A stretch of DNA of 64,000 nt. It comes from an uncultured Phycisphaerales bacterium. Its GTDB lineage: Bacteria > Planctomycetota > Phycisphaerae > Tepidisphaerales > Tepidisphaeraceae. The stretch covers positions 480,001 to 544,000 of the forward strand of contig CAWJPJ010000006.1 of assembly GCA_963844715.1 (NCBI GenBank), given 5' to 3'. Below, piece by piece: positions 44,212 through 55,145 of the stretch (positions within the stretch are counted from its first letter, which is position 1; each line of letters opens with the position of its first letter). The notes beneath the pieces were generated by a model, which was not told where the DNA came from, made no database searches, and saw only the letters and a program-made list of their open reading frames with translations. A program made the translations under genes and the position numbers.

Positions 44212-45382
44212 ATGCCCGATTCCGACCGCTTTATCCTCACCATCAACGGCGGCTCCTCGAGCATCAAGCTCGCCATCTTCACGACCACAACCCCGCCCCA
44301 GCACACGCTTAGCGGCCAAATAGAACGCATCGGCAAACCCGGCACCCGTTTGATCGCGGGCGACGAAACCCACCAGATCGACGCCGGCACGTACAAACAT
44401 GCCGCCCAGAATCTCGCCGACTATCTCAAGGGAAAAATCGGCAAATCCGCCATCGCCGGAATCGGCCACCGCGTCGTCCATGGCGGTATTCATCTTCTGG
44501 ATCACCAACTCGTCACACCCGATCTCATCGCGGAACTTAAGCGAACCCAGCCCCTCGATCTGGCTCATCTCCCGCGCGAAATCTCCCTCATCGAGACCTT
44601 CCGCGACGCGTTCCCCAATCTCCCGCAAGTCGCCTGTTTCGACACCGCGTTTCACCGCGATCTCCCCCGCCTCGCGGCACTGCTCCCCATCCCGCGGCAC
44701 TATTATGAATCCGGCATCCGCCGCTTCGGCTTCCACGGCCTTTCATTCACTTATCTCATGAGCCGCCTCGCGGAGATCGATCTCGCCGCCGCGAAGGGCC
44801 GCGTTATCCTCGCCCATCTCGGCTCCGGCGCCAGCATGGCCGCCGTCCGCGACGGCAAACCCATCGACACCACCATGGCCTTCACCCCCACCGCCGGCCT
44901 CGTCATGGGCACCCGCCCCGGCGATCTCGATCCCGGCCTGCTCGTTTACCTCATGCGCGTCGAAAAGCTTTCGCCCGATCAGATGGATGAATTTATTTCC
45001 AAACAATGCGGCCTGATCGGTGTCTCGGAAACCAGTTATGACATGCGCGATTTATTGAATCGCCGGGCCGCGGATGAAAGAGCCGCCGACGCGGTCGAAT
45101 TGTTTTGCTATCAGGCAAAGAAGTTCATCGCGGCCCTGGCCGCGGCGCTCGGCGGGATCGACACTCTGATATTCTCGGCCGGCATCGGCGAAAACGCCCC
45201 CGAAGTGCGCATCCCTGATTTGCCGCGGCTTGGAGTACATGAATCTGACGCTCGACGAAGAGCGAAACAAATCCGATTCACCCGTGATTTCCGCGCCGGA
45301 CAGCAAGGTCACCGTCCGCGTGATTCCAACGGACGAGGAGATCGTCATCGCGAAGGCTGTTCGATCGTTTCTGAAGATGTGA
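44212..45382 (+). CDS. ackA: Acetate kinase (frameshift near 45215)
   Basis: INGGSSSIK, GHRVVHGG, FDTAFH, GFHGLS, HLGSGAS, MGTRPGD; final frame IPTDEE. Confidence 0.93.
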
Positions 45383-46326
45383 GATTCACGGTTTTGCGAA
45401 TGTCCGCTGGCGGCGGAACCGATGGCACCCCCATCGTCCTGCGCAGCAGAAAGTTGAACAATCTCTCGGGAATGAATCTTCGCGCCAGCGTCCCGACACT
45501 CGCTTCCCATCCCACCCGATATCGCGCTCGCGGCCGGTGCGCGGTCAGACTTCGCTCGACCACTTTCGCCACGCGCTCCGACGGGGCCGCGCCGGCGGCG
45601 CAGCTAAAGACGTATTGCGAAACGCTCCGGATCATTTGCTCATCGCGCTCGCATGCCTTGGGATCCTCCAAGATGGCCGCCACGCCCTCTTTTTCCTTTC
45701 GCCAGATTTCGGATTGAATCGTCCCCGGCACGATCGTGCTGACCCAAATCCCCTCGGCTTGCAGTTCCAGCCGCAATGCGTCGCCCATCGCCCGCAGCGC
45801 GAATTTGCTGGCGCTGTACGCCCCGAACAAAGGCGTGGCGATCTCCCCCGTAACCGATCCCATATTGACGATCCGCCCCGTGCCCCGGCCGCGAAGCGCA
45901 ACATGCCGCCCGCACCAGAGGCAGCATCGCCTGCGTGACGGCCAGCACGCCGAAGAAGTTCACCTCAAACTGACGCCGCCAATCGTGAAGTGAAACGCAC
46001 TCGACCGGCCCCACAACGCAAATCCCCGCATTATTCACCAGCCCATAAAGCCCAGCCTCGCCCACCATCTCCCGAACCGAAACCGCCGCCCGCGCGATGG
46101 AACCGGCGTCGGCAACATCAATCAAAACCGCGCGAATTCCGCCGGGAGTTCCGGCCCCCGCCGCTTCGACGGCCTCGGCATCCCCGTCGTCTCGCACCCC
46201 GGCGATCACGCCAAAACCCCTCGCCGCCAGATGCACCGCACACGCCCACCCGATCCCGGTGCTCGTTCCTGTGATTAAAACGTATTGCTTGTGAAGATCA
46301 GCCGAATTGGACAGCAAAGCAACCAA
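45345..46326 (-). CDS. Short-chain dehydrogenase/reductase (frameshifted)
   Basis: ITGTSTGIG, VNNAG, YSASK. Confidence 0.9.
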
Positions 46327-46567
46327 GGCAACATCCGATCAAAAACCCAATCTCGCAGATTTCCGCGACCCGCGTAACCCCTAATCCGGCTCGGTAGAAA
46401 CAAATTCCGACAAAACTTTACACTTTGGTCGCTCTTTTGATTCTAGGCGGGTTGGATGACCTGCGCGGGTTTAATGTTTCTTAGACGTTGAATCGTGAAG
46501 CTCGCCAAGCCGACGCTTGCGTGCACCGTCCGGCGCTGCCGGAATATGCCTTGATCGCCAGACGACG

Positions 46568-47429
46568 ATGGTCTTAGAATCCGGCTCGAACGCAGACCGA
46601 CTATTAGATGGCGCAGAATATCAACAAGCCCGTGGATGGAAGGGGTGCAATCTCCCCCCCGCCGTCAAACTCGAGGACGAAAGCGCCAATCGCCCCGGTT
46701 GGTTTCGCGCTCTTTTTCCCCCGTGGGTTATCTGGTCGATATTGATTTTTATGCTTGCCATCGGCGGTTGGGCCTACTGGCTGGGGAATGTCCTGGCCGA
46801 AGGCCGCGCCCCGGCCTTGCCTGACGATTTCTCTTTCGTTCCTCATCTGCCCCATTTGCCCATCGTCTTCCCTGCGTTTGCCCTACACGACCAGGATAAC
46901 CAGGTTCTCCGCGCCTCGGATCTGGTCGGACACACGTGGATCGCCGATTTCATCTACACCGAATGCAGCGGCACCTGCGTCACCCTCAATGGCTACATGA
47001 CCGATCTTCAAAAAGACCCTTCATTGGCCGGCGTGCACTTTGTTTCCTTTTCCGTCGGTCCCGACGATGGTCCCAACATCCTCAAGCAATATCTAAACTA
47101 CTATGCTCTGGCCGACAGCTCGCGCTGGCGCAGTTCTGGCCGCCGATGATCACTACTTTCCTCAAGCCGCCGTAACGCTCGGCCTGGCTCCCTCGATCGA
47201 CGAAATCCACCAGGGCCTCCTACCGTACAGCACCGATTTTTTTCTTGTTGACGCCGGCGGCGAATTGCGCGGAATCTATCACGTTCTCGACCCTGCCGAG
47301 TTGCAACGCATGCGGGTCGATCTGCGAAACATGAATGATACAACGCGCCCGTCGATGGAGGCGTCCATCGCATTCGATCCGATTCCTCGGCTGATCAATC
47401 CGACTCCGCGTCGGCCGGGATCGCCATGA
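46568..47429 (+). CDS. SCO-family copper chaperone (frameshifted)
   Basis: TM anchor; FIYTECSGTC (CxxxC); distal YST.FFLVD with the usual His replaced by Tyr. Confidence 0.8.
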
Positions 47430-48598
47430 CGACGGTCAAGCGCCGAATCCTTTCCGCGACCGTCGGGATCTCCATCGCTGTGCTCCTTGCCCTGGCCGCC
47501 CTGCTTACGCTGCGAATCGTTTCTCGCTCCGAGGCCTCCAGACTTCCCATCGATGCCGGCCCGACTCCCGCCGTCGTGGGCGATCTGCCGGTCCTTTTCG
47601 ACGTTCCCCATTTCGGCTATCCCGATCAGGATGGAAAGCTCGTCACCGAGCACGACCTCAAAGGCGCCGTCTGGATCTGCGATTTCATCTACACACGATG
47701 CACGACCGCCTGCCCGGTCCTCACTGCCCGCATGACTCTCCTCCAGCATTCGATCCGCAATCCCGCAATCAAATTTGTCTCCTTCACGGTTGATCCGTCC
47801 TATGACAACCCCGCTGTGCTCAAGGCCTATGCGCGGGAATGGCACGGTGACGAAACGCGCTGGCGGCTCCTGGCGACCGGCACCGACGACGCCGTCCACG
47901 CCACCGCCTCGGCCATGCATTTGGCCGTCCAGCACGTCAACGATCCCAACAATCCGATCCTTCACAGCAATCGCTTCGTCCTGTTCGACTCATCCGGACT
48001 GGCCCGCGGCATCTACGACAGCACTGACTCCGACGCCATGACACAGCTCGTTAAAGACGCCAACACCCTCGCCGGCAGCGACCATACCGAACTTCTCGCC
48101 TCGGCTTCCGGTTCCGATGCCGCCGACGCCATTTCGTCCGGCGCCAGCGGCGGCCACCAACTCTTCATGATCATGGGATGCGCCGCCTGCCACACGCGCC
48201 CCGCCGTCGCCCCCCCACTCGAAGGCGTCGCCGGCTCCCAGGTCCACCTCAGCGACGGCCGCACCGTCCTCGCTGGCGACGCCTATCTCCGTGAATCCAT
48301 AGTCGATCCCAACGCGAAGATCGTTGCCGGTTATTCCCCGGTCATGCCCAGCTACCGCGACCATCTCAGCGATGCCCAGATCGACGGCATCATCGCCTAC
48401 ATCAAAAGCATCGCCGCCGATCATTCCTCTTCCGGCAACTCCCCGCGCTTCGTAGCCACCGACCCCGTCTGCGGCATGCAGGTCTCCGCCGGCTCCGACA
48501 CTCCCTGCATCACCTACGGCATAAAAACCTATTACTTCTGCAGCGAAACCTGCCGCCAGAAATTTCAAGCGGATCCGGCGAAGTATGCCAAGCCGTGA
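47426..48598 (+). CDS. SCO - cytochrome c - YHS domain fusion protein
   Basis: FIYTRCTTAC..HSNRF (SCO); CAACH..YLRESI.DP..MPSY (cytochrome c); DPVCGM..YYFCS..C (YHS). Confidence 0.88.
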   Translation: MTTVKRRILSATVGISIAVLLALAALLTLRIVSRSEASRLPIDAGPTPAVVGDLPVLFDVPHFGYPDQDGKLVTEHDLKGAVWICDFIYTRCTTACPVLTARMTLLQHSIRNPAIKFVSFTVDPSYDNPAVLKAYAREWHGDETRWRLLATGTDDAVHATASAMHLAVQHVNDPNNPILHSNRFVLFDSSGLARGIYDSTDSDAMTQLVKDANTLAGSDHTELLASASGSDAADAISSGASGGHQLFMIMGCAACHTRPAVAPPLEGVAGSQVHLSDGRTVLAGDAYLRESIVDPNAKIVAGYSPVMPSYRDHLSDAQIDGIIAYIKSIAADHSSSGNSPRFVATDPVCGMQVSAGSDTPCITYGIKTYYFCSETCRQKFQADPAKYAKP

Positions 48599-48888
48599 GA
48601 TGAATTTTGAACGAATGAACTAAATGTCACGGGACCGTTTGCCGCGTTGTCAAAGCGAGCCGCAACCGCAATCTAACTTCGCGAAATAGGAAGTATTGAC
48701 GAAATTCTGCCGGAAGAAACATCGCTTCAGTCTCTAATGCCCGCCTTGCGGCGAGCTTTTCTGACCATGTCATTGCGTCCGGTCAAGAATTGCGATTCGC
48801 CATCCCTGACGTGAGAACCCACAAATGGGCTTGGAACTGAACGATGTGACGCTCTGCGTGGCCCGTCCAAAGAACGGAATGCATCGGA

Positions 48889-49772
48889 CTATGCCAACCG
48901 GCGCGGGATCGATCGAATCCGCATCGCAGTCTGGACCTGATGCGCCAGAGGAAAGATCGTTTCGTCGATCACTTCATCGAACAGCTCGTTGCGCTTCATC
49001 AGCGTGTCGTAATCGTACGGCTTCGAAATATCCGACCGGCCACGACGCAGTTTTCTGTCCAGTTCTTCCCAAGACCGAGAGTAGTAGTGATTAATTCGCA
49101 GCAAGTCGACCGCCGTCATATCGTCGGAGAAGGCCCCTTTGACAATATTCCGATTCGCATTGACGCCGTGGCGACCCTCCTTGTACGCGAAGTAGTGTGT
49201 ACAGGGAACGATATCCACGAAGGCCTCGCAATTGACAATCGACTTTACGTGCGCGCATACCGGGTGGTAGTTGGCCGGGTCGCTCGGGTCCAATTGGGGA
49301 TTCTTAAGAAGTCCGCGCTCGAAAGTGCATAGGTTCGTCGGGCAGCGCCGATTGAAGTTCAGCAGGGACAGTCCCGGTGCTTTTGTTCGATGCCCGTTGG
49401 CGCCGAACATCAACCAGTTGGCCACAACAGCCACCTCGTTCTCATACCCGCTCAGGAACTTCCGCAGGTCCGGCTCCCGCGGTGAAAACAGAAATTCGTC
49501 CAGATCCACGATCATCATCCACCGCGACTCAGAGCCGTGCGTCTGGAGGCAATGGCGATAGGCGTAAAGTTGCATGTAAGGCTCTGGGGCCACATAGAGC
49601 TTGACCCGTCCAGCGGACAGCCAGGGTTGCAGAACCTCCACGCAGCGGTCGGTCTGCCGTTGTCGAACAGGACGAAGCGTTCGACGCCGACCAGGTCGTA
49701 GAAACGCAGCCACTCGTCCAGATAGTCGGCTTCGTCCCTGAAAATGGCGCATAGGGTCAGGTAGTGCTTCAT
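48889..49772 (-). CDS. Glycosyltransferase family 92-like protein (frameshifted)
   Basis: CAIFRDEA.YL.EW, FDNG, DLDEFL, INHYYSRS. Confidence 0.85.
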
Positions 49773-49896
49773 CTTGATACGACCATTCTATTCCCGATTC
49801 CGCCAAATTCTCTCGTCTGAACTCCAGAACAATGGAGTCCAGGTCGATTGAAACGCCGCAATTCCAGGTTCAATGGCCGGGAGCGAAATCAGAATA

Positions 49897-51708
49897 TCAT
49901 GGGTCATAATAAAGATAGATGCAGCCCCCCAGCACCTCTGCCGGCGCGGCGCCGCGCAGCGACTGGAACTCTTCCTGTCCGGTGCCGTTCATATGCGGTC
50001 CGAATTGCAATCCTACCACGCTGACCGCCCAGCAAATCTTCTGCCCCGTGGGCCCCGCCTCATCTATCGGCGCCATGCTGCCCGCAAAGCTTCCATAATG
50101 GATGCCGTAATATTCCGGGTCACCCGAACCAAAATAGTACAGAACTAACTGGTATTCCGGATTGCCCGCTTGCCATTTCGCCAGCGCCGGGAGATCCTGC
50201 CCCCAATCGATATTCGAGTCGCTCAGCAGCCCAGCCCCCCCGCGAGATCCCCCTACGGCCACGTTGAAAAACGGGATGTAATTCGGAAAGGCCGCATAAA
50301 CCTCGACGCCCAACCCCACGAACAAGATCGCTAGGACAGCTATTATGGGCTTACCGAATCTCCTGAACGCACGCGCGACCGAAATACCCAACAAAATATA
50401 GAGAAACGCGAAAACGGGGAACATGTGCCGGATCCCAATGTCCACTGCGCTATGCATCAGCGACGCCATGTAAATGATAGGCGGAACCGTCAACGCGCAT
50501 AGTGACCATAAATTGCGAGGGCGAGGCAAAAAACAGTTAGCAATTGCCGCCAGTGCAAGGGCCAGCAGGGTCGCCACGGGAGTTTTGAAGCAGATGGCCA
50601 GAGGGAAGTAATACCACCACCCGCGCAGCGACAACTGGCCCATCAGAAATGAGTAGCGAACCTGCGTAAACGACGCCGCCAGGATGAATCCGGTCAGGAA
50701 GGATTGAGGAAGCAAATGATGCGAATCGATCCAGCGAATGGATTGGACCAGGTGATCCGGCTTCCACAGGCCCACCTCATGCCTGAACTCGTCCGCGGGA
50801 GTGTAGAGAGTGACATTGTACGTACAGACCGTGTCGGACTTGGCGTAAGTCTGTACTGCACGGTCCAAATCCGAGACGACGCCGCGGGTCGGCTCATATT
50901 GGAAATCAAACGACGCCCATATGACCGGCCAAGCTAGAAGAATTGCATAAAGCCCGATGGCGACGCCGGCGAGAAAACGAGCGCGGAACAGGCTCGCGTG
51001 AAATCGCAACACCTGCCAAGGCGCCGGATCGAGCGCACGCAAAAATAGTAAAACCGCAATCACGGGAATACACAAAATCCCGGAGTACTTAGTGCACATC
51101 GCCGCGCCCAGGATCACCCCCGCGAGTGTGCAATTCGCCGGCGTTGCCCTACGCCCAATTCGCCAAAGCACAATAGACAATGTCAGAAATAGCATCGCGA
51201 TGGCTAGGTCGTTCTTGACCAACGGGCCATGAGCAAGGAAGTTGGGATCCAGACTGAAAGCCGCCGTGGCGACGCAAGCCGCCAGCGGACCCGCCAACCG
51301 CCACGTCCACCACCCGATCAGTCCGCCCAAAACGAGTGCCACAAGAAGCATCCGGACCCGCCCAGTCCTGATCAATGCTGCGGCGTCGTTCCCCGGAGTG
51401 CGGTAAATCACGTCCGTCACATACTGAAGGATGCTTGGCGATCGCGGCATCGGCCTTGAATCTCCGCCCGGCGGAGGCCCCAGCTTCAAATTCATCGCAG
51501 GATTCCACAGGGCGAGATAGTACTTCCACAACGGAAGATTCTCCGGGTCGATTCGGAAATTCGACTCGCGGACTTGAACCGCCGCGGCAACGAAATGGAC
51601 CGGTTCGTCGAACGTGATCCCCTTGTTTTCCCATGCCATCCAGCTCGTGATGGCATAAGTCGCCAGAAGCAGCGCACAAGCGAGCACCGCAAACATGTTT
51701 CGCTTCAT
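49897..51708 (-). CDS. GT39/ArnT-like membrane glycosyltransferase
   Basis: TFDEPVH, PNFLAHG.LV.ND, GWWYYFP..FKTP, DSNIDWGQDL. Confidence 0.85.
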   Translation of the reverse strand: MKRNMFAVLACALLLATYAITSWMAWENKGITFDEPVHFVAAAVQVRESNFRIDPENLPLWKYYLALWNPAMNLKLGPPPGGDSRPMPRSPSILQYVTDVIYRTPGNDAAALIRTGRVRMLLVALVLGGLIGWWTWRLAGPLAACVATAAFSLDPNFLAHGPLVKNDLAIAMLFLTLSIVLWRIGRRATPANCTLAGVILGAAMCTKYSGILCIPVIAVLLFLRALDPAPWQVLRFHASLFRARFLAGVAIGLYAILLAWPVIWASFDFQYEPTRGVVSDLDRAVQTYAKSDTVCTYNVTLYTPADEFRHEVGLWKPDHLVQSIRWIDSHHLLPQSFLTGFILAASFTQVRYSFLMGQLSLRGWWYYFPLAICFKTPVATLLALALAAIANCFLPRPRNLWSLCALTVPPIIYMASLMHSAVDIGIRHMFPVFAFLYILLGISVARAFRRFGKPIIAVLAILFVGLGVEVYAAFPNYIPFFNVAVGGSRGGAGLLSDSNIDWGQDLPALAKWQAGNPEYQLVLYYFGSGDPEYYGIHYGSFAGSMAPIDEAGPTGQKICWAVSVVGLQFGPHMNGTGQEEFQSLRGAAPAEVLGGCIYLYYDP

Positions 51709-51931
51709 TCGCCCCAAGTCTAATTCCGCATTGCAGACGCGGCAACAGGCACTGAACACACCGGTCACTTATCGCGCCGGATGCGAGCGAATTCATCTTA
51801 TCCTGGTTAACATTTCCCCATAATGCATCGATTCAGCAGTTGGCCATACGGGACCATTATTTCAATTCAGCCCAAAATAATCCCTCAGCAGCGCAATGAA
51901 CTAGCCTAAACTCCGCTCGCGCGGCGGCGGC

Positions 51932-51958
51932 CAACTGGGGAACTAGGATTCGAACCTA
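51932..51958 (-). repeat. att site: duplicated 3' end of tRNA-Gln
   Basis: CAACTGGGGAACTAGGATTCGAACCTA is identical to 60872-60898 (27 bp). Confidence 0.93.
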
Positions 51959-52074
51959 CGTTCGTGGCATTGGGCACGCATTGCGATTGCGTTGTAAATA
52001 TCCAATTCGCCGACAATTGCGCAAAATTGTATTGCGGTTGTCCTAGATAAGCATTGGGCTTGTATTGCCAGTAT

Positions 52075-52094
52075 TGCTCCCAATTTGCTCCCAA
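52075..52094 (+). promoter_or_regulatory. Probable integrase arm-type binding sites (TGCTCCCAA x2)
   Basis: Same pair with 11-bp periodicity at 60772-60791, plus an inverted copy at 60809-60817. Confidence 0.7.
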
Positions 52095-52283
52095 ATTTCA
52101 TCTTTGGTGCCCAAGGCGAATTGCCCGCGCTCCGAGATAAATCCTATCGGCTTGTGAAAACCAACACTTGTTGTTCGCGAGTATACTGTCGCGGGGCGCG
52201 CCAAAACCGGCCAGTGTTGTGACGCTTCGTATACATCATCCGTTCAGTTCCATGCAACTTTCTGTTGAGTTATCAGCCGCGCA

Positions 52284-53165
52284 TCAGGACGCCTGATCGG
52301 CGGGCGCCCCAGCACAAGAAGAGACCGTGCTTTCTGCCACGGTGTCTTCCGGAGGGGAGCACCCTCCATCGTCGGCGGTACTCCGCCGTCCTTTTGAATT
52401 TGCCTTTGTGGAAGGCTTCGCCTCCACGGCCTCCCCGGCGCCGCCATGGCGCAAACGATAACTTTTGCCGGTGATGTTGAGGAGGGTGGCGTGCTGAAGG
52501 AAGCGGTCGAGGATCGCCGTGGCCGCCGGGACGTCGCCGATCAGCTTGGCCCAGTCTTCCAGCGGCCGGTTGCTGGTCATCATCGTCGAGCGGTTCTCAT
52601 GGCGGCGCATGATGATCTCCAGCAGGCATTCGCCGGAGCGACGCGGAAGTTGTCGCATTCCCATGTCGTCGATGATGAGCAGGTCGGGTTTGAGATAACG
52701 ATTCAGCGTTTTGTCCTGCTGGCCGAGTTCGTCGTCGCCGAGGAAGTCGCGGGCCAGATCGAAGATGGAGCGGTACAGAACCAGGTGTCCGGCTTTGATC
52801 GCCTGATGCCCGATGGCCTGGACCAGGAACGTTTTGCCGACGCCGGGTGGGCCCAATAGAAGCACGTCGGCTTTTTCGCGGATGAACTGACAGCCGGCCA
52901 GGTCGTGGATCTGCTTGCGTTTGATGGAGGGATTGAAGGAGAAGTCGAACTCGTCGAGGTTTTTGACTTCGCCGAACAGGGCGGCCTTGACGCGGCGGCT
53001 CACCAATCGGCTGGACCGCACGTTCAGTTCGTCCTGGAGAATCAGTTCCAAAAACTCGGCGTGATCGAGCCGATTGCCAGCCGCCTCGCTCAATCGGACT
53101 TCAAGGCTCTGGGCCAGGCCCGAAAGCCGAAGCTGTTTGAGCGTCTGTAACAATGAAGGTCTCAT
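52284..53165 (-). CDS. istB: IS21 ATP-binding helper
   Basis: FDFSFNP, GPPGVGKT, LLIIDD, TSNRP, AILDRF, GKSYR. Confidence 0.95.
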   Translation of the reverse strand: MRPSLLQTLKQLRLSGLAQSLEVRLSEAAGNRLDHAEFLELILQDELNVRSSRLVSRRVKAALFGEVKNLDEFDFSFNPSIKRKQIHDLAGCQFIREKADVLLLGPPGVGKTFLVQAIGHQAIKAGHLVLYRSIFDLARDFLGDDELGQQDKTLNRYLKPDLLIIDDMGMRQLPRRSGECLLEIIMRRHENRSTMMTSNRPLEDWAKLIGDVPAATAILDRFLQHATLLNITGKSYRLRHGGAGEAVEAKPSTKANSKGRRSTADDGGCSPPEDTVAESTVSSCAGAPADQAS

Positions 53166-54695
53166 GGAATGGACTCCTGTGAAGGTGGTTGTTGGGTAAT
53201 GGCCTGTCGCACGAATCGGCCGTAGTCGCCCAGGTCGCGGATGATCGGATGTTCTTGGACGAACTCGAAGTTCCGCTGAAGGGCGGGCGGATTCTGTTGT
53301 TCGAGGAGTTGGCGCAATGAACGGAGGTGATACGCCCCATGCCCCTGGGCGACTTGGCAGGCCTGCTCGATGACGCGGCGGGAATGCTTGTTCGTCAGGG
53401 ACATAAGGCCCAGGAGCACGCGCACGCCCTCGATGCCGCGATTCTGGAGCATGGACCGCGCCCACTGCGTGGCGTGCGGTCCGATGGATTCGACCCGGCG
53501 CAGGAGCCAGGCCGTTCCTTTTTCGATCCCGCTGATCTTCTCCGGCAGGATATGGGCATCCAGCGTGGAGAAGGTCCCCGGCGGACGCTGCACGTGCACC
53601 GCGACGGGGCGCATCTTCTGATCCAGCAAGCGGATCAGGCGCCCATCCCAGCGCGCCCAAAGCTGCCGGCCCAAAAACTCCGGTGGGACCGAGTAATACG
53701 CGCCTTTGACCTGCACGTGTCCGTCCCGGCTGACGCTGCGCAACGCTTCGGCAAACAGATCGAATCTCGCCGCCGGCAACGGCAAGAGCGCCGGCTGCTC
53801 CGCCTGCTGGAACACTTCCTTCACCTGCCGGCGCGTCGTTCCATGGATGCGCGTATCGGCGACGGTCGCTTCCCAGGCCTGAAGATGCTGGTTCTGATCG
53901 GCCAGAGAACTGAAGGTCCGTCCCTTGAGGGCGTTGCCCTTCACATAGCCGATGCCCCGTTCGATCTTCCCCTTGTGCCGGGGCGTGTAGGGCTTGGTCG
54001 GCAGAATGGCGATTCCGTAATGCTCGGCAAACGAGCGGACCTTGGGACACAACTCCGGGTCGAACCAGTCCGCCCGCTTCACCGCCGCCCGAAGATTGTC
54101 GATCACCAGCGTCCGCGGCAATCCGCCGAAGTGCGCGAACGCATTCTCCAGGCAACGCAGAAAGTCATCGGTGGTCTGACGGTGCACCGCCTCGGCGTAC
54201 CCCTTGCGGCTGTGGCTCAGCACGATGCGGAAGACCCAGGTGCTTCTCCTCTTGCCGTCGGAACCGACGATGGGCGCGCGCCCGTCCAAAATCGACCTGG
54301 GCCTCGGCGACCGGCTCGCACTCCATCCGCCGGAATGGCGTTGGCGCCGCCGAGGTCAACTTCCCAACCAGCCGGCGAACACTGTAATAGCTGCCGGCAT
54401 AACCGTGATCGGAGCAGAGGTCCTGGTAAATCCGCTGGGCGGTCAGCCCCATGCCCAGCTTCTGAACGATCACTTCACGCCAGGCGCTGGCGGCGCTGAC
54501 CAACCCGGTGGGCGCGCCCTCCGAGCCGAGGGGCGCACTGGCCGGTTTTGAATCTTCCCGCGCCGCCAGCCGGAGATGGCGTCCAACCGTCTCGCGGTGA
54601 ACGCCAAGCTGGCGGGCGATGTGCCGGTTGGACCAACCATTGCGTGCAAGTGAAAGAATTGCTTGAACTTCCGCCATTTTGAGCTGATTCGCCAT
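53162..54695 (-). CDS. istA: IS21 transposase (frameshift near 54285)
   Basis: N-terminal HTH, AQVDFG, IDNLRAAV, KGKIE, H.TT, YSVP. Confidence 0.93.
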
Positions 54696-54814
54696 CGTGC
54701 CGTCGTCTCCCGGTTAGAACCGGGAACCAACGGTAATGATCGAATCTCCTGTGCTTCAAAATGGCCGGTTTTGGCGCGCACCCCTCAGTGGCCGGTTTTG
54801 CGCCACCGCTGACA

Positions 54815-54855
54815 GTCAGGACCTGCTGCGATTGACCAGTTGTTATGTGCTGTAG
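54815..54855 (+). pseudogene. 3' remnant of a DUF6883-like gene
   Basis: Reads QDLLRLTSCYVL* directly before the DUF4926 gene and is cut at the IS21 end. Confidence 0.55.
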
Positions 54856-54896
54856 CGGCGGACAACGCCTCAACGATTACAGACGGGAGAAGTGAT

Positions 54897-55112
54897 ATGA
54901 ACACCATTCAACTGCTCGATGTCGTCGCCCTCACCGCCGATCTGCCGGACAAGGGGCTACTTCGCGGCCAGGTCGGAACCATCGTGGAGACGCTCGCACC
55001 CGGCGTCTTTGAAGTCGAGTTCTCCGATGACCAGGGGCGTGCCTATGCACAATTGGCCATCAAGGAACACCAGCTTTTGGTCCTCCACTACCAGCCGCAG
55101 CAGGCCGCTTGA
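54897..55112 (+). CDS. DUF4926 domain protein
   Basis: LLDVVALTADLP..L.RGQVGTIVE..FEVEFSD..GRAYA. Confidence 0.88.
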   Translation: MNTIQLLDVVALTADLPDKGLLRGQVGTIVETLAPGVFEVEFSDDQGRAYAQLAIKEHQLLVLHYQPQQAA

Positions 55113-55145
55113 TGAACATCGGCGCACGGCGAACATGCGGGGACA

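Larger units (their letters stand above)
52187..54814 (-). mobile_element. IS21-family insertion sequence
   Basis: TGTC..CAAAACCGGCCA imperfect terminal IRs with an internal repeat; istA and istB; no target duplication visible. Confidence 0.88.

Noticed and set aside
51932..51958. A second tRNA-Gln gene
   Set aside because: Only the T-arm and 3' acceptor strand are present; it is the att duplication
52284..54155. 623-aa extended IstB
   Set aside because: The N-terminal 330 aa is an alternative frame over istA; IstB starts at 53165, overlapping the istA stop
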